The notes under the pieces: model-generated
What the model saw: the letters and a program-made list of their open reading frames with translations, nothing else
What the model was told of the DNA's origin: nothing
The model's database searches: none
Program-made: the position numbers and the translations under genes
Shown here: piece by piece, positions 16,411 through 26,299 of the stretch
Numbering within the stretch: the first letter of the stretch is position 1
How the letters are laid out: every line of letters starts with the position of its first letter
Origin: Desulfocapsa sulfexigens DSM 10523
GTDB lineage: Bacteria; Desulfobacterota; Desulfobulbia; Desulfobulbales; Desulfocapsaceae
DNA: 32,000 nucleotides
Reading direction: 5' to 3'
NCBI RefSeq assembly: GCF_000341395.1
Contig: NC_020304.1
Span: forward strand, 1,350,001 to 1,382,000

Positions 16411-18801
16411 CTAAAGTGTTGATCTCTTTTTTGATGATGTCGATTTCTTCTTTGTGTAAACAAGAGACAGGATAGCCGGGGCCAGTAAGAAATCGGTAAT
16501 AAGGGCAATCAGTATGGTGGCGGCAACAAGTATCCCTGTGTTCTTATTGAGAGTTAACTTGGATAACATGTTACAGAGAAATCCTCCGGCAAGGACAAAG
16601 GAGGTCACCATCATGGCTCTACCAACACTCTTCAATGTTCTCGCGGTAGCCAAAGCCGGATCGCCGAGCTGATCAAAATATTTTCCGAAGTTGTGAAGAA
16701 AATGAATGGTATCGTCAACCACCAGGCCGATGGTGATACTTCCAATCAGCACCGTTCCCAGATCAAGTGGAATACGAAGCCATCCCATTAACCCTATAAC
16801 CACGATAATCGGAAACAGGTTGGGGATCATACTGAGCAACCCCATACGAAGCTTGCCCAGCATGATAATCATCAGCAGGGAAATCAGTATCAATGCAATA
16901 CTATAGCTGCGGATCATGGTGCTCATGACATTATTGAGTATTTCAACAAAGAGAGCATTGATACCGGTAATCGTTACCGTGCAATCTGGAAAATTCTTGT
17001 GTAATTCCATTTCGATGTCGGCCATAAAATTTTTATATTTTGACGTGTCTCTGTAAGGGACGTGCATGGTAAGTCGTGTCTTGGAAAACTGTTGGTCAAC
17101 AAGTTCATCCAGATCGTCGGAACCACTCAGTTGAAAAAGAAACAATTCCTGGGCTATAAGTTTTCGGTCATCCGGTACGGTGTACATCTCTTGACTGTTC
17201 TCATGTAACGCACGATTGGTTTCTTTAAGGATGGTGATCAGGGACAGGACTTTTCCCACATACAAATCTTCCGTTGTATAATCGGAAAATTTAATCACCG
17301 TCTTTTCAAGTGCCTTGATAAATTCTGAATCGTAGAGACCATCAGCTCTTCCTGTGTCGATAACCACATCAAAAGAGACTGTTCCCCGCATCTGCTGATC
17401 AATAAGTTCGGTGTCTTTTCTGAGTGTAGAATTTTCCGGGAACCATTTCAGGGCATTATGTTCAAAACGTACCTGACTCACACCAATTGCTGCCACGAGC
17501 AGAACGATTGCAAACAGACTTATAACCAAACCCTGACGACAACAGGTCAGCCTGGCGATTCTTTCAAATAGGAGATCGAGCTTCTCTGTGCCACTGCCAT
17601 GAGTCTCTCTTCTTTTTACCGGAAAAATAGCAAACAGGGCTGGAATAAGGAGGATAGTATAAATGAGTGCGAGAAAAACTGCCACGGGAGTCACCACTCC
17701 CAGATCTGCAATTGGGGCGACTTTGGCAGCCATAAATGACACCAATCCCCCAGCTGTTGTCAGAGAGGTCATCAGAATGGGCAACCCGGCATGTTTCATG
17801 GCATGCACTATCGCCTCTTTTTTATCACCTGTCTTGTGATATGCCGGATAAAACAGGGCCATGATGTGCACCGCATCACTGATACTGACAACCAACAAAA
17901 ATGATGGCAGTATGGTGGTGATATTGTTCATCGGGATGTTTAAAAAGCCCATGACCCCGACCGCTGAGAGCAAAGATAAGATAAAGATGAGAAGGGGATA
18001 CATAACCCCTGATATTCTGCGAAAAAGGAGGATGAGAAAGAGAAGCACTATGACAAAGGTGGCCGGGATGATAATTCCAAGATCTTTTTCCAAGGCGAGA
18101 TTTAAGTACTCGATAACTACCGGCATACCTGAAATTGCGATGGAAAAATCCTTTGCGTTGTATTTTTCAAGAATCGGCGTAATGCTTGTTACCATCTCAC
18201 GATTCTGGACATTGGTCATGGGCTGACAAGTTCCCTCTTCAATCAGCCCTGCAGTAATATCCGGATCACACGGTAGAGGCTTGATAACAATAGCTGTCAT
18301 GTCAAGGGCCTCGGTGAGGATGAAATTTTTATAGAGGCTGTTCTTTTGTGCCCGAGCCGTCAGCGTATCCAAGTCGGTTTGATTTTGCGGCCATGTTTCC
18401 AGGAAGTCTTCAACAATAAGCTCATCAGTCTCCCCCCTGGTGTTTCGAATATTTATCAGACTGGTCACTTCATCCAGATAGGGAACATCTGTTTCCAATT
18501 CATGGTGCAGATCTTTTAATCTTGCCAGAAACTCCATGTCAAAAATATTCGGAGTTTGTATTCCAATAACAATAAATTCATCCTTACCGAACTGGTTCCT
18601 GAAAGTATTGTAATCAATCAGCACCCTGTCATCGGGCCTGAAAAATACCTCATTGCTAGTGTCCAACTTGAGGCGTGGAATTTGCGAAATAAGAGGCAAG
18701 ACGATCGTCAGAATCAGAATAAGTGCCAGCCACTTGTTTTCATACGCCCAGCGTGCAATTTTTCCAAACCCTCTTTCACACTTTCTTTTTATCATTTTCA
18801 T
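16411..18801 (-). CDS. MMPL/RND-superfamily transporter (two 6-TM bundles with sterol-sensing-like domain; HpnN/MmpL-like lipid exporter)
   Basis: 796 aa. It shows a duplicated architecture: a TM helix, a large loop and a 5-TM bundle, twice. RND/MMPL-type segments are present (GMPVVIEYLNLALEKD, SISDAVH, GLVVDDTIHFLHNF). Confidence 0.85.
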   Translation of the reverse strand: MKMIKRKCERGFGKIARWAYENKWLALILILTIVLPLISQIPRLKLDTSNEVFFRPDDRVLIDYNTFRNQFGKDEFIVIGIQTPNIFDMEFLARLKDLHHELETDVPYLDEVTSLINIRNTRGETDELIVEDFLETWPQNQTDLDTLTARAQKNSLYKNFILTEALDMTAIVIKPLPCDPDITAGLIEEGTCQPMTNVQNREMVTSITPILEKYNAKDFSIAISGMPVVIEYLNLALEKDLGIIIPATFVIVLLFLILLFRRISGVMYPLLIFILSLLSAVGVMGFLNIPMNNITTILPSFLLVVSISDAVHIMALFYPAYHKTGDKKEAIVHAMKHAGLPILMTSLTTAGGLVSFMAAKVAPIADLGVVTPVAVFLALIYTILLIPALFAIFPVKRRETHGSGTEKLDLLFERIARLTCCRQGLVISLFAIVLLVAAIGVSQVRFEHNALKWFPENSTLRKDTELIDQQMRGTVSFDVVIDTGRADGLYDSEFIKALEKTVIKFSDYTTEDLYVGKVLSLITILKETNRALHENSQEMYTVPDDRKLIAQELFLFQLSGSDDLDELVDQQFSKTRLTMHVPYRDTSKYKNFMADIEMELHKNFPDCTVTITGINALFVEILNNVMSTMIRSYSIALILISLLMIIMLGKLRMGLLSMIPNLFPIIVVIGLMGWLRIPLDLGTVLIGSITIGLVVDDTIHFLHNFGKYFDQLGDPALATARTLKSVGRAMMVTSFVLAGGFLCNMLSKLTLNKNTGILVAATILIALITDFLLAPAILSLVYTKKKSTSSKKRSTL

Positions 18802-18937
18802 GTGTGTCTCCCTTGGTACTCTTTAATGAGCGCGCTCATATTAAACACAGGGAAAGTGTCAGTCAAGTTTAAAGTGGACGTGTTCATTTGAATGGCTGAA
18901 TGGTCGCGGTTTTTTAATAAATGGAAAGGGACAAATA

Positions 18938-20284
18938 TTAGGAGAAGTGCTTCATTTCCGTAAGATACAAAGATGAGTAATCAAATTTACAACGAAGGCG
19001 GTACATGAGGGAACGATGACCCAGCAGGGCCCTGTTGCTCCAGTTATAAAATGGATCAGTCCGGACATGCCCTTTTACGAGGCTTTCTATCAGTAGATCA
19101 GCTCCTTGTTTCACATATTCCGTTTTTGCAAAATCAAAAGGGCCTGCTGCCAAAACCGGGGCAATGACCCAATGGATTTGGCGTAAAAACAGATCCACCC
19201 ATTCAGGGTCAAGATCAGCTGGAGTTTTATGCATGGCGAGCTTGGTCAGATAGTAGTTCAAAGAATCCCGATCCTCTCGAAACATGGCGAGTTCACTATC
19301 GACCTGGAATTTCCACCGCTCCTCATCGAATTGACGGTAACAGCCAAAATCGATAAAACCCAACCGGCCATCCTGCATAAGGACGAAATTACCGGGGTGT
19401 AAATCAGCATAGATAGTTCGTAAGCAGAACCAGGAGTGAACAAGTGAGTAGGAAATGAGTTCAGCAAAATGATTTCGCCGGGAAAGAGGAGGGTCTGTTG
19501 CGAGAAAACTCTGCAGGTGTTGACCGGGAAGATACTCCATGGTGAGTATCCGTTTTGTGGTGAACTCCGGGTACAAACGGGGAACAACAATCCTGCTGCC
19601 CTTGAAAAGTCTCCTGTTTTTCTCCATAAACGCCGCTTCTGCCAGGTAGTCCACTTCACTTAAGAAGACAGATCTGGCATCCTGAACATGATTGACCATG
19701 TAGTTGAAGTCTTTTTTGAAGCGCATGGTCTGCAAAAGCAATCCCAGCGTTCTCATATCTGCTTCAATGGTTTCGGCAATATTCGGGTACTGAATTTTTA
19801 CAGCGACTTCCTGGCCATTGTGGAGGGTCGCACGATGAACCTGGCCCAGTGATGCAGCCGCGAATGCATTTTTTTCAAAAGTGGCGAAAACCTCCTCTGG
19901 TTCTTGGCCCAGTTCATCAAGGAACATCTCTCTTATAAATGCGTAATGCATGGGAGGCGCTTCAAACTGGAGTGATTCAAAAATTTCAACCAGTTCATGC
20001 GGTAGAATCTGCGGGAGATTGCCAAGGAACTGACCGATCTTCATTATGGCTCCGCGCAGATAGCCCATGGTCCCAAGTAACTGGAGGGCTGATTGCAGTT
20101 GAAAATGACTGAAAAGATCTTTTCTCTTTTCGTCTTCAACAAAGTGTTTTCGGACTGAGTAGGAAAAATAACGGGCGGCGATTTTTGCCTGGCTGCTGCC
20201 AAGGGTCCAGCTGCGAACAAAGGAATTTGATGGAATTTTTTTGGTCTGAACCCTGCTTAGAATAGGATCAGTCAATTTATTCAT
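18938..20284 (-). CDS. ABC1/UbiB (AarF) family atypical protein kinase
   Basis: 448 aa. Hallmark ABC1 motifs are AAASLGQVHRA, VAVKIQYP, ADLHPGNF and IDFG. It overlaps the TetR gene by 8 nt. Confidence 0.9.
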   Translation of the reverse strand: MNKLTDPILSRVQTKKIPSNSFVRSWTLGSSQAKIAARYFSYSVRKHFVEDEKRKDLFSHFQLQSALQLLGTMGYLRGAIMKIGQFLGNLPQILPHELVEIFESLQFEAPPMHYAFIREMFLDELGQEPEEVFATFEKNAFAAASLGQVHRATLHNGQEVAVKIQYPNIAETIEADMRTLGLLLQTMRFKKDFNYMVNHVQDARSVFLSEVDYLAEAAFMEKNRRLFKGSRIVVPRLYPEFTTKRILTMEYLPGQHLQSFLATDPPLSRRNHFAELISYSLVHSWFCLRTIYADLHPGNFVLMQDGRLGFIDFGCYRQFDEERWKFQVDSELAMFREDRDSLNYYLTKLAMHKTPADLDPEWVDLFLRQIHWVIAPVLAAGPFDFAKTEYVKQGADLLIESLVKGHVRTDPFYNWSNRALLGHRSLMYRLRCKFDYSSLYLTEMKHFS

Positions 20285-20900
20285 TGGAGACGGCTTGTTC
20301 TACTCCACTATTTGCGGAAATAGTATTGGCAAATGTCTGCATGGAGTAATCGATCAGTCCAAGTGTTTCGGCCTGATTATGTGTGTCGTCGTTTGACCAG
20401 TGGGCCAGGATACCCAAATACAGCGACCAATAAAGGGTGATGACAATCGAGTCGTATTCCATTTCGAAGCCGTGGTTGGCAAGAATCTGGCCAACCGTTT
20501 TTAAATGATTATGTTTGGCCTCTTCTCCGGCGGGGCAGATAGATTTCTTTGAAAAAACGGACATGCAGCTCTCAAGTACCGGGCCGATGTATTTCCGAAA
20601 CGGTTTTAAGGCGCGTAACTCAGAGGCGACAAATAAAAACAGCTCTTCGACCAGACCCTCTTCTCCTGTTTTACGACGCTCATACTGCTTTCTACCGGAT
20701 TCCATGGCACCGTTCACCAAAGTCATTGCCAGGGTTTCCTTGCTCTTGAAATAGTTAAAAAGGGTCCCTTTGGCAATCCCGCTTGCTGCAGAAATATCCC
20801 TGGTGGTGGTTTGTTCAAAACCCCTCTCAGCAAAGAGTTTTTCTGCCACTTCAAGGATTGTTTTTTTTGTTTTTTCTTTAGCTTCTTGTGTGATTCGCAT
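20277..20900 (-). CDS. TetR/AcrR family transcriptional regulator
   Basis: 207 aa. N-terminal TetR HTH: ILEVAEKLFAERGFEQTTTRDISAASGIAKGTLFNYFKSKE. AGGAG RBS. Confidence 0.9.
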   Translation of the reverse strand: MRITQEAKEKTKKTILEVAEKLFAERGFEQTTTRDISAASGIAKGTLFNYFKSKETLAMTLVNGAMESGRKQYERRKTGEEGLVEELFLFVASELRALKPFRKYIGPVLESCMSVFSKKSICPAGEEAKHNHLKTVGQILANHGFEMEYDSIVITLYWSLYLGILAHWSNDDTHNQAETLGLIDYSMQTFANTISANSGVEQAVSNE

Positions 20901-21126
20901 GCAGGCTCCTGATCTTTGTGACCATGCCCATATTAATCGATCGTACTCGTAAGGTATAGATAAAAAATGTAGATACTAAAAGAGAAGAGTACTTCTTCAA
21001 ATGGGAATCATGGGAAAGATCTGTCTGTCTAGTGCTGTTAGGGTTAGGTTAGAAGCTAATCTTGCAGTGAATACTATAATTATACAAGGGCTTGTGGCCC
21101 GATAATATTTCGCGAAATTTAGTTTA

Positions 21127-22305
21127 TCACACCAATTTTTTAAGTATTTTTAAAACAAATGAATATGAGATTCTCTCCTGTTCAAGCCTTAAAGCATCCC
21201 GGAGAAGGTTTTTTACCAGAAACTCATAAATGCCTAGTTCCTTTTCATCAAGGCGAGTCAGGCTCCGTCTTGTAGGTTTACTCTCTTGGCCCCAAAGTGA
21301 TTCATGAGCCATTAGTGTTTCTCTATCCATCAAAAAAGAACTGGCCTGAGGAAAGTAAGAGCGGAGCTGGTCAAGCATTACGTAGCCGTGTGTATCAATA
21401 TCACCCCAGTAATGGATTTTTTTACCCAGTAGCCATTGAATATTGGCCAAACGATCCAGTCCGAACCCCAGTCCAAAGATGATAATTGCGTTTTTCACAT
21501 TTGGAAACGCTAAGCCATTGATTTCATTTTCAGTAATGAAGACATGATCAACTTCCAGGTTCAATGCACAAAACTCGGATACCGGTACATGAAGATCCGA
21601 CAATCCATGAAGATATAGATCAGGATCGAGGATTCGAAAGCGGACCTGAACCGGTTTAGAGAGGAACCCATAACGTTCCTCAAACCTTTTTGCTCCGGTT
21701 GCACTACTCTCGATCATTTCTTTCGACAGAATAAGATCCAGCAACTCACTTAGGGGTTTTTTATGTTTTTCAATGAACTTGGTATCAACTTCAGGAATTT
21801 CCAATTGACGTACATAAATTCCTGGACGAGGATTACTCTTAAGATACTTCAACACAGCCAATAGTCTTGGCCACTGTTTTTGATACTGGAGAGCAACAAG
21901 CGGACGCTTTTCCAGCCAGGACCTCAGTTCTGGGAAATCAGCAAGAATCTGACAGCATAACTCGTCAAATATTCGGGCCGCACTCAGTTTTCCAATGAAC
22001 GAAAGAATGGACTCGTCCGTCTTAAAAAGAACTGCTTGGGGAAAGCTGTTTCGCCCTAACTGACGATGGTTCACTTCCTGTGACTCTATTGTGAAAGCTC
22101 CATGTGTTTCTGCCTCAATCAGTTCATCCACCCATGCCTTTGCAGTATCCCACTTCTCAGCCCACTCATTTCCAAGTGGTCTTTTCAATGTGATTCGCCT
22201 GGGACAGAGATCTTCACCACGTAACCGGGCCGAAAGCAACTTGCCCTGCTCCCACTCCCGCTCGAGCTTCTTTCGTAAATCTTTAATGCTGCTCCAGTTG
22301 CTCAA
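21127..22305 (-). CDS. jetD: Wadjet JetD (DUF3322 + DUF2220/Toprim-like nuclease subunit)
   Basis: 392 aa. The C-terminal HYWGDIDTHGYVMLDQLR is the Toprim-like DxD signature of the JetD/MksG family. It is last in a jetABCD-ordered operon. The apparent TTG start at 22305 overlaps the jetC TGA stop by 4 nt. Confidence 0.85.
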   Translation of the reverse strand: MSNWSSIKDLRKKLEREWEQGKLLSARLRGEDLCPRRITLKRPLGNEWAEKWDTAKAWVDELIEAETHGAFTIESQEVNHRQLGRNSFPQAVLFKTDESILSFIGKLSAARIFDELCCQILADFPELRSWLEKRPLVALQYQKQWPRLLAVLKYLKSNPRPGIYVRQLEIPEVDTKFIEKHKKPLSELLDLILSKEMIESSATGAKRFEERYGFLSKPVQVRFRILDPDLYLHGLSDLHVPVSEFCALNLEVDHVFITENEINGLAFPNVKNAIIIFGLGFGLDRLANIQWLLGKKIHYWGDIDTHGYVMLDQLRSYFPQASSFLMDRETLMAHESLWGQESKPTRRSLTRLDEKELGIYEFLVKNLLRDALRLEQERISYSFVLKILKKLV

Positions 22306-25300
22306 GCCGTCCGTGCCTCTCGAGCGGCTCTCTCTTGCCGATACTCTTCTATGGTGAGGCTTCGTAACTGGGATTCCTGTCCACCCTTATTGTGGACAAA
22401 GCCAACCGAGGAAACATATGGCTCAATGATATGAATTTTCTGCAGAGGAGTGACAATCAGCAATTGTAAATTCAGCTCTTTAAACAACTTAAGGGCGTAT
22501 CTCGTTGACTCATCTGAGCCACGGCCAAAGGCTTCATCAATCACCACGAAACGAAAACTCCTCGATTTTATCTCTCCACGCTCAAGGCCAAATTGATAGG
22601 CAAGACTCGCCGCTAGAACCGTATACGCGAGTTTCTCTTTCTGACCACCGGATTTACCACCGGTATCGGTGTAATGTTCATATTCACTACCATCCTCCTG
22701 ATAACGTTCAGAAGCTGCAAATGTGAACCAGTTACGAACATCCGTAACCTTTTTCATCCACTTTCTATCTAAGTCTATCGAATCAGCTCTGCCCTTAAAA
22801 CGATCTATGAGCTTACTCACCTCAACAAATTTCTTCTCAGCGTACTGCTCGTCCTCAGAACCAGTAACAGTACCCTCAATACAGATACGAAGCTGCTGCT
22901 GAAATTCGCGAATCTCCTGATCTACAGTCTTGGCATTCTCCAACTCTATATACCGTCCAGGGTTGTACTCAATGGTAGCAAGAGACTGGTTAATCTGTTC
23001 AATCCGTTCCTTAATTGTTCGGTTCTGTTTCTCCAGCTGAGCTTGAAATTGAACCACCTCGCGGATCGTATTCTGGTTGAGTAACTCCTTAAACTTCTGT
23101 TCATATTTTGGAAGGTTATCAGCTCTAAGTGCCTCCAGCATCTTTTCATATTCAAAAGCGGCCTCAATGGTTTTATCAACTTCTTGAGTCTCAGCAGGGA
23201 AATCATTGCAATAGGTATGCATCGCCGAAGTGATCTTGACTTCCAGACGCTTGAACCGCTCTGCATTATCATCGATGTGCCGCTTGAACCAAAAACGCAT
23301 CTCCTGTTCATGGTTTTGGCAGGACTCCACGGTTAACTTATGTGGTCCCAGAGCCTCTTCCCTTACCGACTCCAGATAAGAAAACAGCTCCGACCTGACT
23401 GATTCGTCTACACGTTCTATATCTTGTAAACATTGCTTGAGTTCATTCTCTGCCTGGGTCTGCTTTTCTGCAAGAGTAGCCTCCTTGCGAATCAATTCCT
23501 GGTGGTCTCGTTCGGTAGAACGGAGTTCAATCTCCAACTTTTTCAACTGGTCGGTCAGTAGTGCTAATTTGTCAGATGTCGACTCCAGAGCTATCTTCTC
23601 TTGTTTGAGGTTCTCGGCCTTACGTGCATCGCTCTGCCAATCCAGCTCACTGAAATTTGGAAACTCCTCGAGGCGATGCAACTTTTCCAGGACGGTATCA
23701 ACTTTTCTTTTCAACTTTTCAGTTTGAGCAATGTCTCCACCAATATTCTGAATAACCTTTTCACATTTTTCAACATCAACAGTGATGGCTTTAATCTTCT
23801 GCCTGTTATCCCACCCAAGAATATATCGGCTTCGATCACTGAGAAGGTGGCGATCATCTTTTTCATGTCGCCGGCCGCCTGATTTAATCTGTCCAGCCTG
23901 CGTAACAGCCTGCTTTTCTCGACGAAACTGAGAAACATCCTCACAACAAATATAATTAAACCGGTGCACTATTTCATGCTCCAGCCACGAGTAAAACTCT
24001 GACTGTGGCTTAATTGCTATCTTATTTACTAATGATTGTTGTCCACAATCGACTGTCCCAGGAATCTGTTCCGGACGAACCCTATAGTAAACTAACCTGC
24101 CCTTAAGGTGGGTGCTATCAACATACTCGGCCACTCTGGCATAGTGAATCTCCGGGACCAATAATGACAAACCGAAATTGTGGAGAACTCTTTCCGCAGC
24201 ACCTTCCCACTGTTTTTCTTCCTCTTTTATCTGCAGTAACTCACCAATAAAAGGTATATTCTCTTCATCAAGCTGCAGGGCACCACATAAGTCTTTTCGA
24301 ATGCTGATAAGGTTTGCGCTGATATTACTTTGCCTCTGGCGTAATGAATCCAGTTCACGACTGAGCTCCCGATGCTCTTCTCTCTTACGATCAAGTCGTA
24401 CCGCATCTTTTGTTATCGCGTCCTGCAGATCCTTACTTTCCGTATCTTTATCCTTCAATATATCCGGCAGGTGGGAGTTGTTCTCCAGGAATGCCTCTAA
24501 AGATTCAGCCTGTGACAATCCCACGTCAATCACGAGACTTTTGTAACGATCTGACTTCTCTTTTCTTGACCTTTTTCGCTCAAGGACAGCATCGATCTCT
24601 CTTGCAAGTTGCGCCAAACGGTCACCACCGTTTTCAGCGATCGCTTTTGTGAGGGCATCCCGGTTGTTCGCCTGTTCAATTTTTGTCTTTTCGGCCTCGC
24701 CAATCCTATTCTCCAGCCATTTCTTTTCCTCGGAATGTTTCTGCAATCGGGTTTTAAGAAGCTCTGTTTTCAAAGAAGCGAAATAGCCATGCAGCGCCTC
24801 CCGGCAAGAGCGCAGATGTTCATTTTTTTTAACTACCTGCTGATACTCTGTATAATTTTCTACCAGTGGGGAAAGTTGCCGTATCTGCTCCTTGGCCTTA
24901 ATCACCGCATCATGGGCCCGGTTAAGATCATCGTAATGTCCTATAAGGGCGGTGATATCCGACTCTACATCGAATGATTCAAGCATATGTTGACGAACAA
25001 ATTCGGTAAGATTTCCCACTGATTTCATCGAAACAGTTTGATGAAAAAGATCCAAAGCCTGTTCATTCTTAATTCCGAACTGTCTTCTGAATTCGGCACT
25101 ATAGAGAGTGAAGCTATCAAAGATTTCTACACCGCTTTCCTCACGGAGACGTTTGCGCAGGTTGCCAAGATCCGATCCAAAGCCTGAAAAATTATGGGAA
25201 ATTGTCAGTGGCTGCTTAGAAACCACATAATACCTCTCCGGTTGCCCCTGCTTATCCTTGCACCAAAAAACTTGTGCCAGGGTGATTTTCTGATTGTAGC

Positions 25301-25679
25301 CTTTATTAAAAAATACTCCCAAAATTACGGAATAGGAATTGTGGTCCCGCAGAGCAACCGGGGTGGCGGAGCCTCCAAAATCGCTTCGCTCGGTCTTGTA
25401 AAAACCAAGCACATATGAACGCAGGGACCGTTCTTTCTTTTCAGCTCCTGCTGCTTTATTAAATGCAATTCTATGTGCAGGCATAAAAAGGGTGGTAACC
25501 GCATCAACGAGGGTAGATTTACCGGAGCCGATGTCACCAGTCAGCAGACAGGTATCTCCATTTGGTTGTAAGGCCCAGACCTTTTTGTCAAAAGTTCCCC
25601 AGTTATAGACTTCTAACCTCTCAAGGCGAAACCCTGCATATGTATCGCTGCCGGCAAAATCAAAAAGAGGAGCTTGCAT
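22302..25679 (-). CDS. jetC: Wadjet JetC (SMC-like ABC ATPase, MukB/MksF-like)
   Basis: 1,125 aa. Walker A is LTGDIGSGKSTLVDA at the N-terminus. About 600 aa of coiled coil follows. Signature and Walker B sit at the C-terminus (SGGQKEKLAYTVLAASL, FRFVVIDEAFGRGSDES). Confidence 0.9.
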   Translation of the reverse strand: MQAPLFDFAGSDTYAGFRLERLEVYNWGTFDKKVWALQPNGDTCLLTGDIGSGKSTLVDAVTTLFMPAHRIAFNKAAGAEKKERSLRSYVLGFYKTERSDFGGSATPVALRDHNSYSVILGVFFNKGYNQKITLAQVFWCKDKQGQPERYYVVSKQPLTISHNFSGFGSDLGNLRKRLREESGVEIFDSFTLYSAEFRRQFGIKNEQALDLFHQTVSMKSVGNLTEFVRQHMLESFDVESDITALIGHYDDLNRAHDAVIKAKEQIRQLSPLVENYTEYQQVVKKNEHLRSCREALHGYFASLKTELLKTRLQKHSEEKKWLENRIGEAEKTKIEQANNRDALTKAIAENGGDRLAQLAREIDAVLERKRSRKEKSDRYKSLVIDVGLSQAESLEAFLENNSHLPDILKDKDTESKDLQDAITKDAVRLDRKREEHRELSRELDSLRQRQSNISANLISIRKDLCGALQLDEENIPFIGELLQIKEEEKQWEGAAERVLHNFGLSLLVPEIHYARVAEYVDSTHLKGRLVYYRVRPEQIPGTVDCGQQSLVNKIAIKPQSEFYSWLEHEIVHRFNYICCEDVSQFRREKQAVTQAGQIKSGGRRHEKDDRHLLSDRSRYILGWDNRQKIKAITVDVEKCEKVIQNIGGDIAQTEKLKRKVDTVLEKLHRLEEFPNFSELDWQSDARKAENLKQEKIALESTSDKLALLTDQLKKLEIELRSTERDHQELIRKEATLAEKQTQAENELKQCLQDIERVDESVRSELFSYLESVREEALGPHKLTVESCQNHEQEMRFWFKRHIDDNAERFKRLEVKITSAMHTYCNDFPAETQEVDKTIEAAFEYEKMLEALRADNLPKYEQKFKELLNQNTIREVVQFQAQLEKQNRTIKERIEQINQSLATIEYNPGRYIELENAKTVDQEIREFQQQLRICIEGTVTGSEDEQYAEKKFVEVSKLIDRFKGRADSIDLDRKWMKKVTDVRNWFTFAASERYQEDGSEYEHYTDTGGKSGGQKEKLAYTVLAASLAYQFGLERGEIKSRSFRFVVIDEAFGRGSDESTRYALKLFKELNLQLLIVTPLQKIHIIEPYVSSVGFVHNKGGQESQLRSLTIEEYRQERAAREARTA

Positions 25680-26299
25680 TACTCCACCTCTTCTTCATCG
25701 CAGGAATTTTCACCCTGCAGGTGGGTCTTATACTCCTTCAGGCGTTGATCCATTTCATTGAGCCAATGTGCATTGATATACGCCTTGAGTATACGTTTCA
25801 CTTCTATCATATTTTCTTTCCCGGGAAGCCTGCGAATAAAACCCAGTTCAACCACCTTATTGATATGGGCATCGATTTTATCAACAAATTTGGCCTCGTT
25901 TACCCCCGACGGCAGAAACGTGCTCACCATATCCACCACATCATCCCGGCTCATAATCAAACGAGTATCGTCCCCTGATGCATCAAATTCGGCAAGTCTA
26001 TAGCGAAAAAGAGCAAGTAGCAGACTGACGGGATAGGATAACTGCCTCCGCCCCACCAACCGGGGAAGAGGCTCCTCCTCGCCCTCCGGTTCTTTATACT
26101 TTAAAAAGGCATACCCCTCCGACTCATCGAGCAGAAGGAATAACCCAAGGACAGATACATATTCAGAAACCGCAGTCTGTACGGTAAGTAAATGCTGCCA
26201 AAGTGCAGGGTCAGCCTCCTGATACACGACTCCTTTCAGCAGGTTGATGACTATTTTTGAAATTCCTGGTTCTGGATTGCTCATATTGGTCATGCTCAT
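25679..26299 (-). CDS. jetB: Wadjet JetB (DUF4194, MukE/MksE-like)
   Basis: The track ORF extends to 26332. I prefer the ATG at 26299 (MSMTNMSNPE...), which forms an ATGA overlap with the jetA stop. LLKGVVYQEADPALWQHLL is typical of DUF4194. Its stop, TAA, shares one base with the jetC ATG (TAATG). Confidence 0.85.
   Translation of the reverse strand: MSMTNMSNPEPGISKIVINLLKGVVYQEADPALWQHLLTVQTAVSEYVSVLGLFLLLDESEGYAFLKYKEPEGEEEPLPRLVGRRQLSYPVSLLLALFRYRLAEFDASGDDTRLIMSRDDVVDMVSTFLPSGVNEAKFVDKIDAHINKVVELGFIRRLPGKENMIEVKRILKAYINAHWLNEMDQRLKEYKTHLQGENSCDEEEVE

Noticed and set aside
21106-21117. 12-bp palindrome ATTTCGCGAAAT and a nearby GGGC...GCCC hairpin just downstream of the jetD stop, as a terminator
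   Set aside because: The stems are short and not followed by a convincing U-tract on the minus strand. This is too weak to call.
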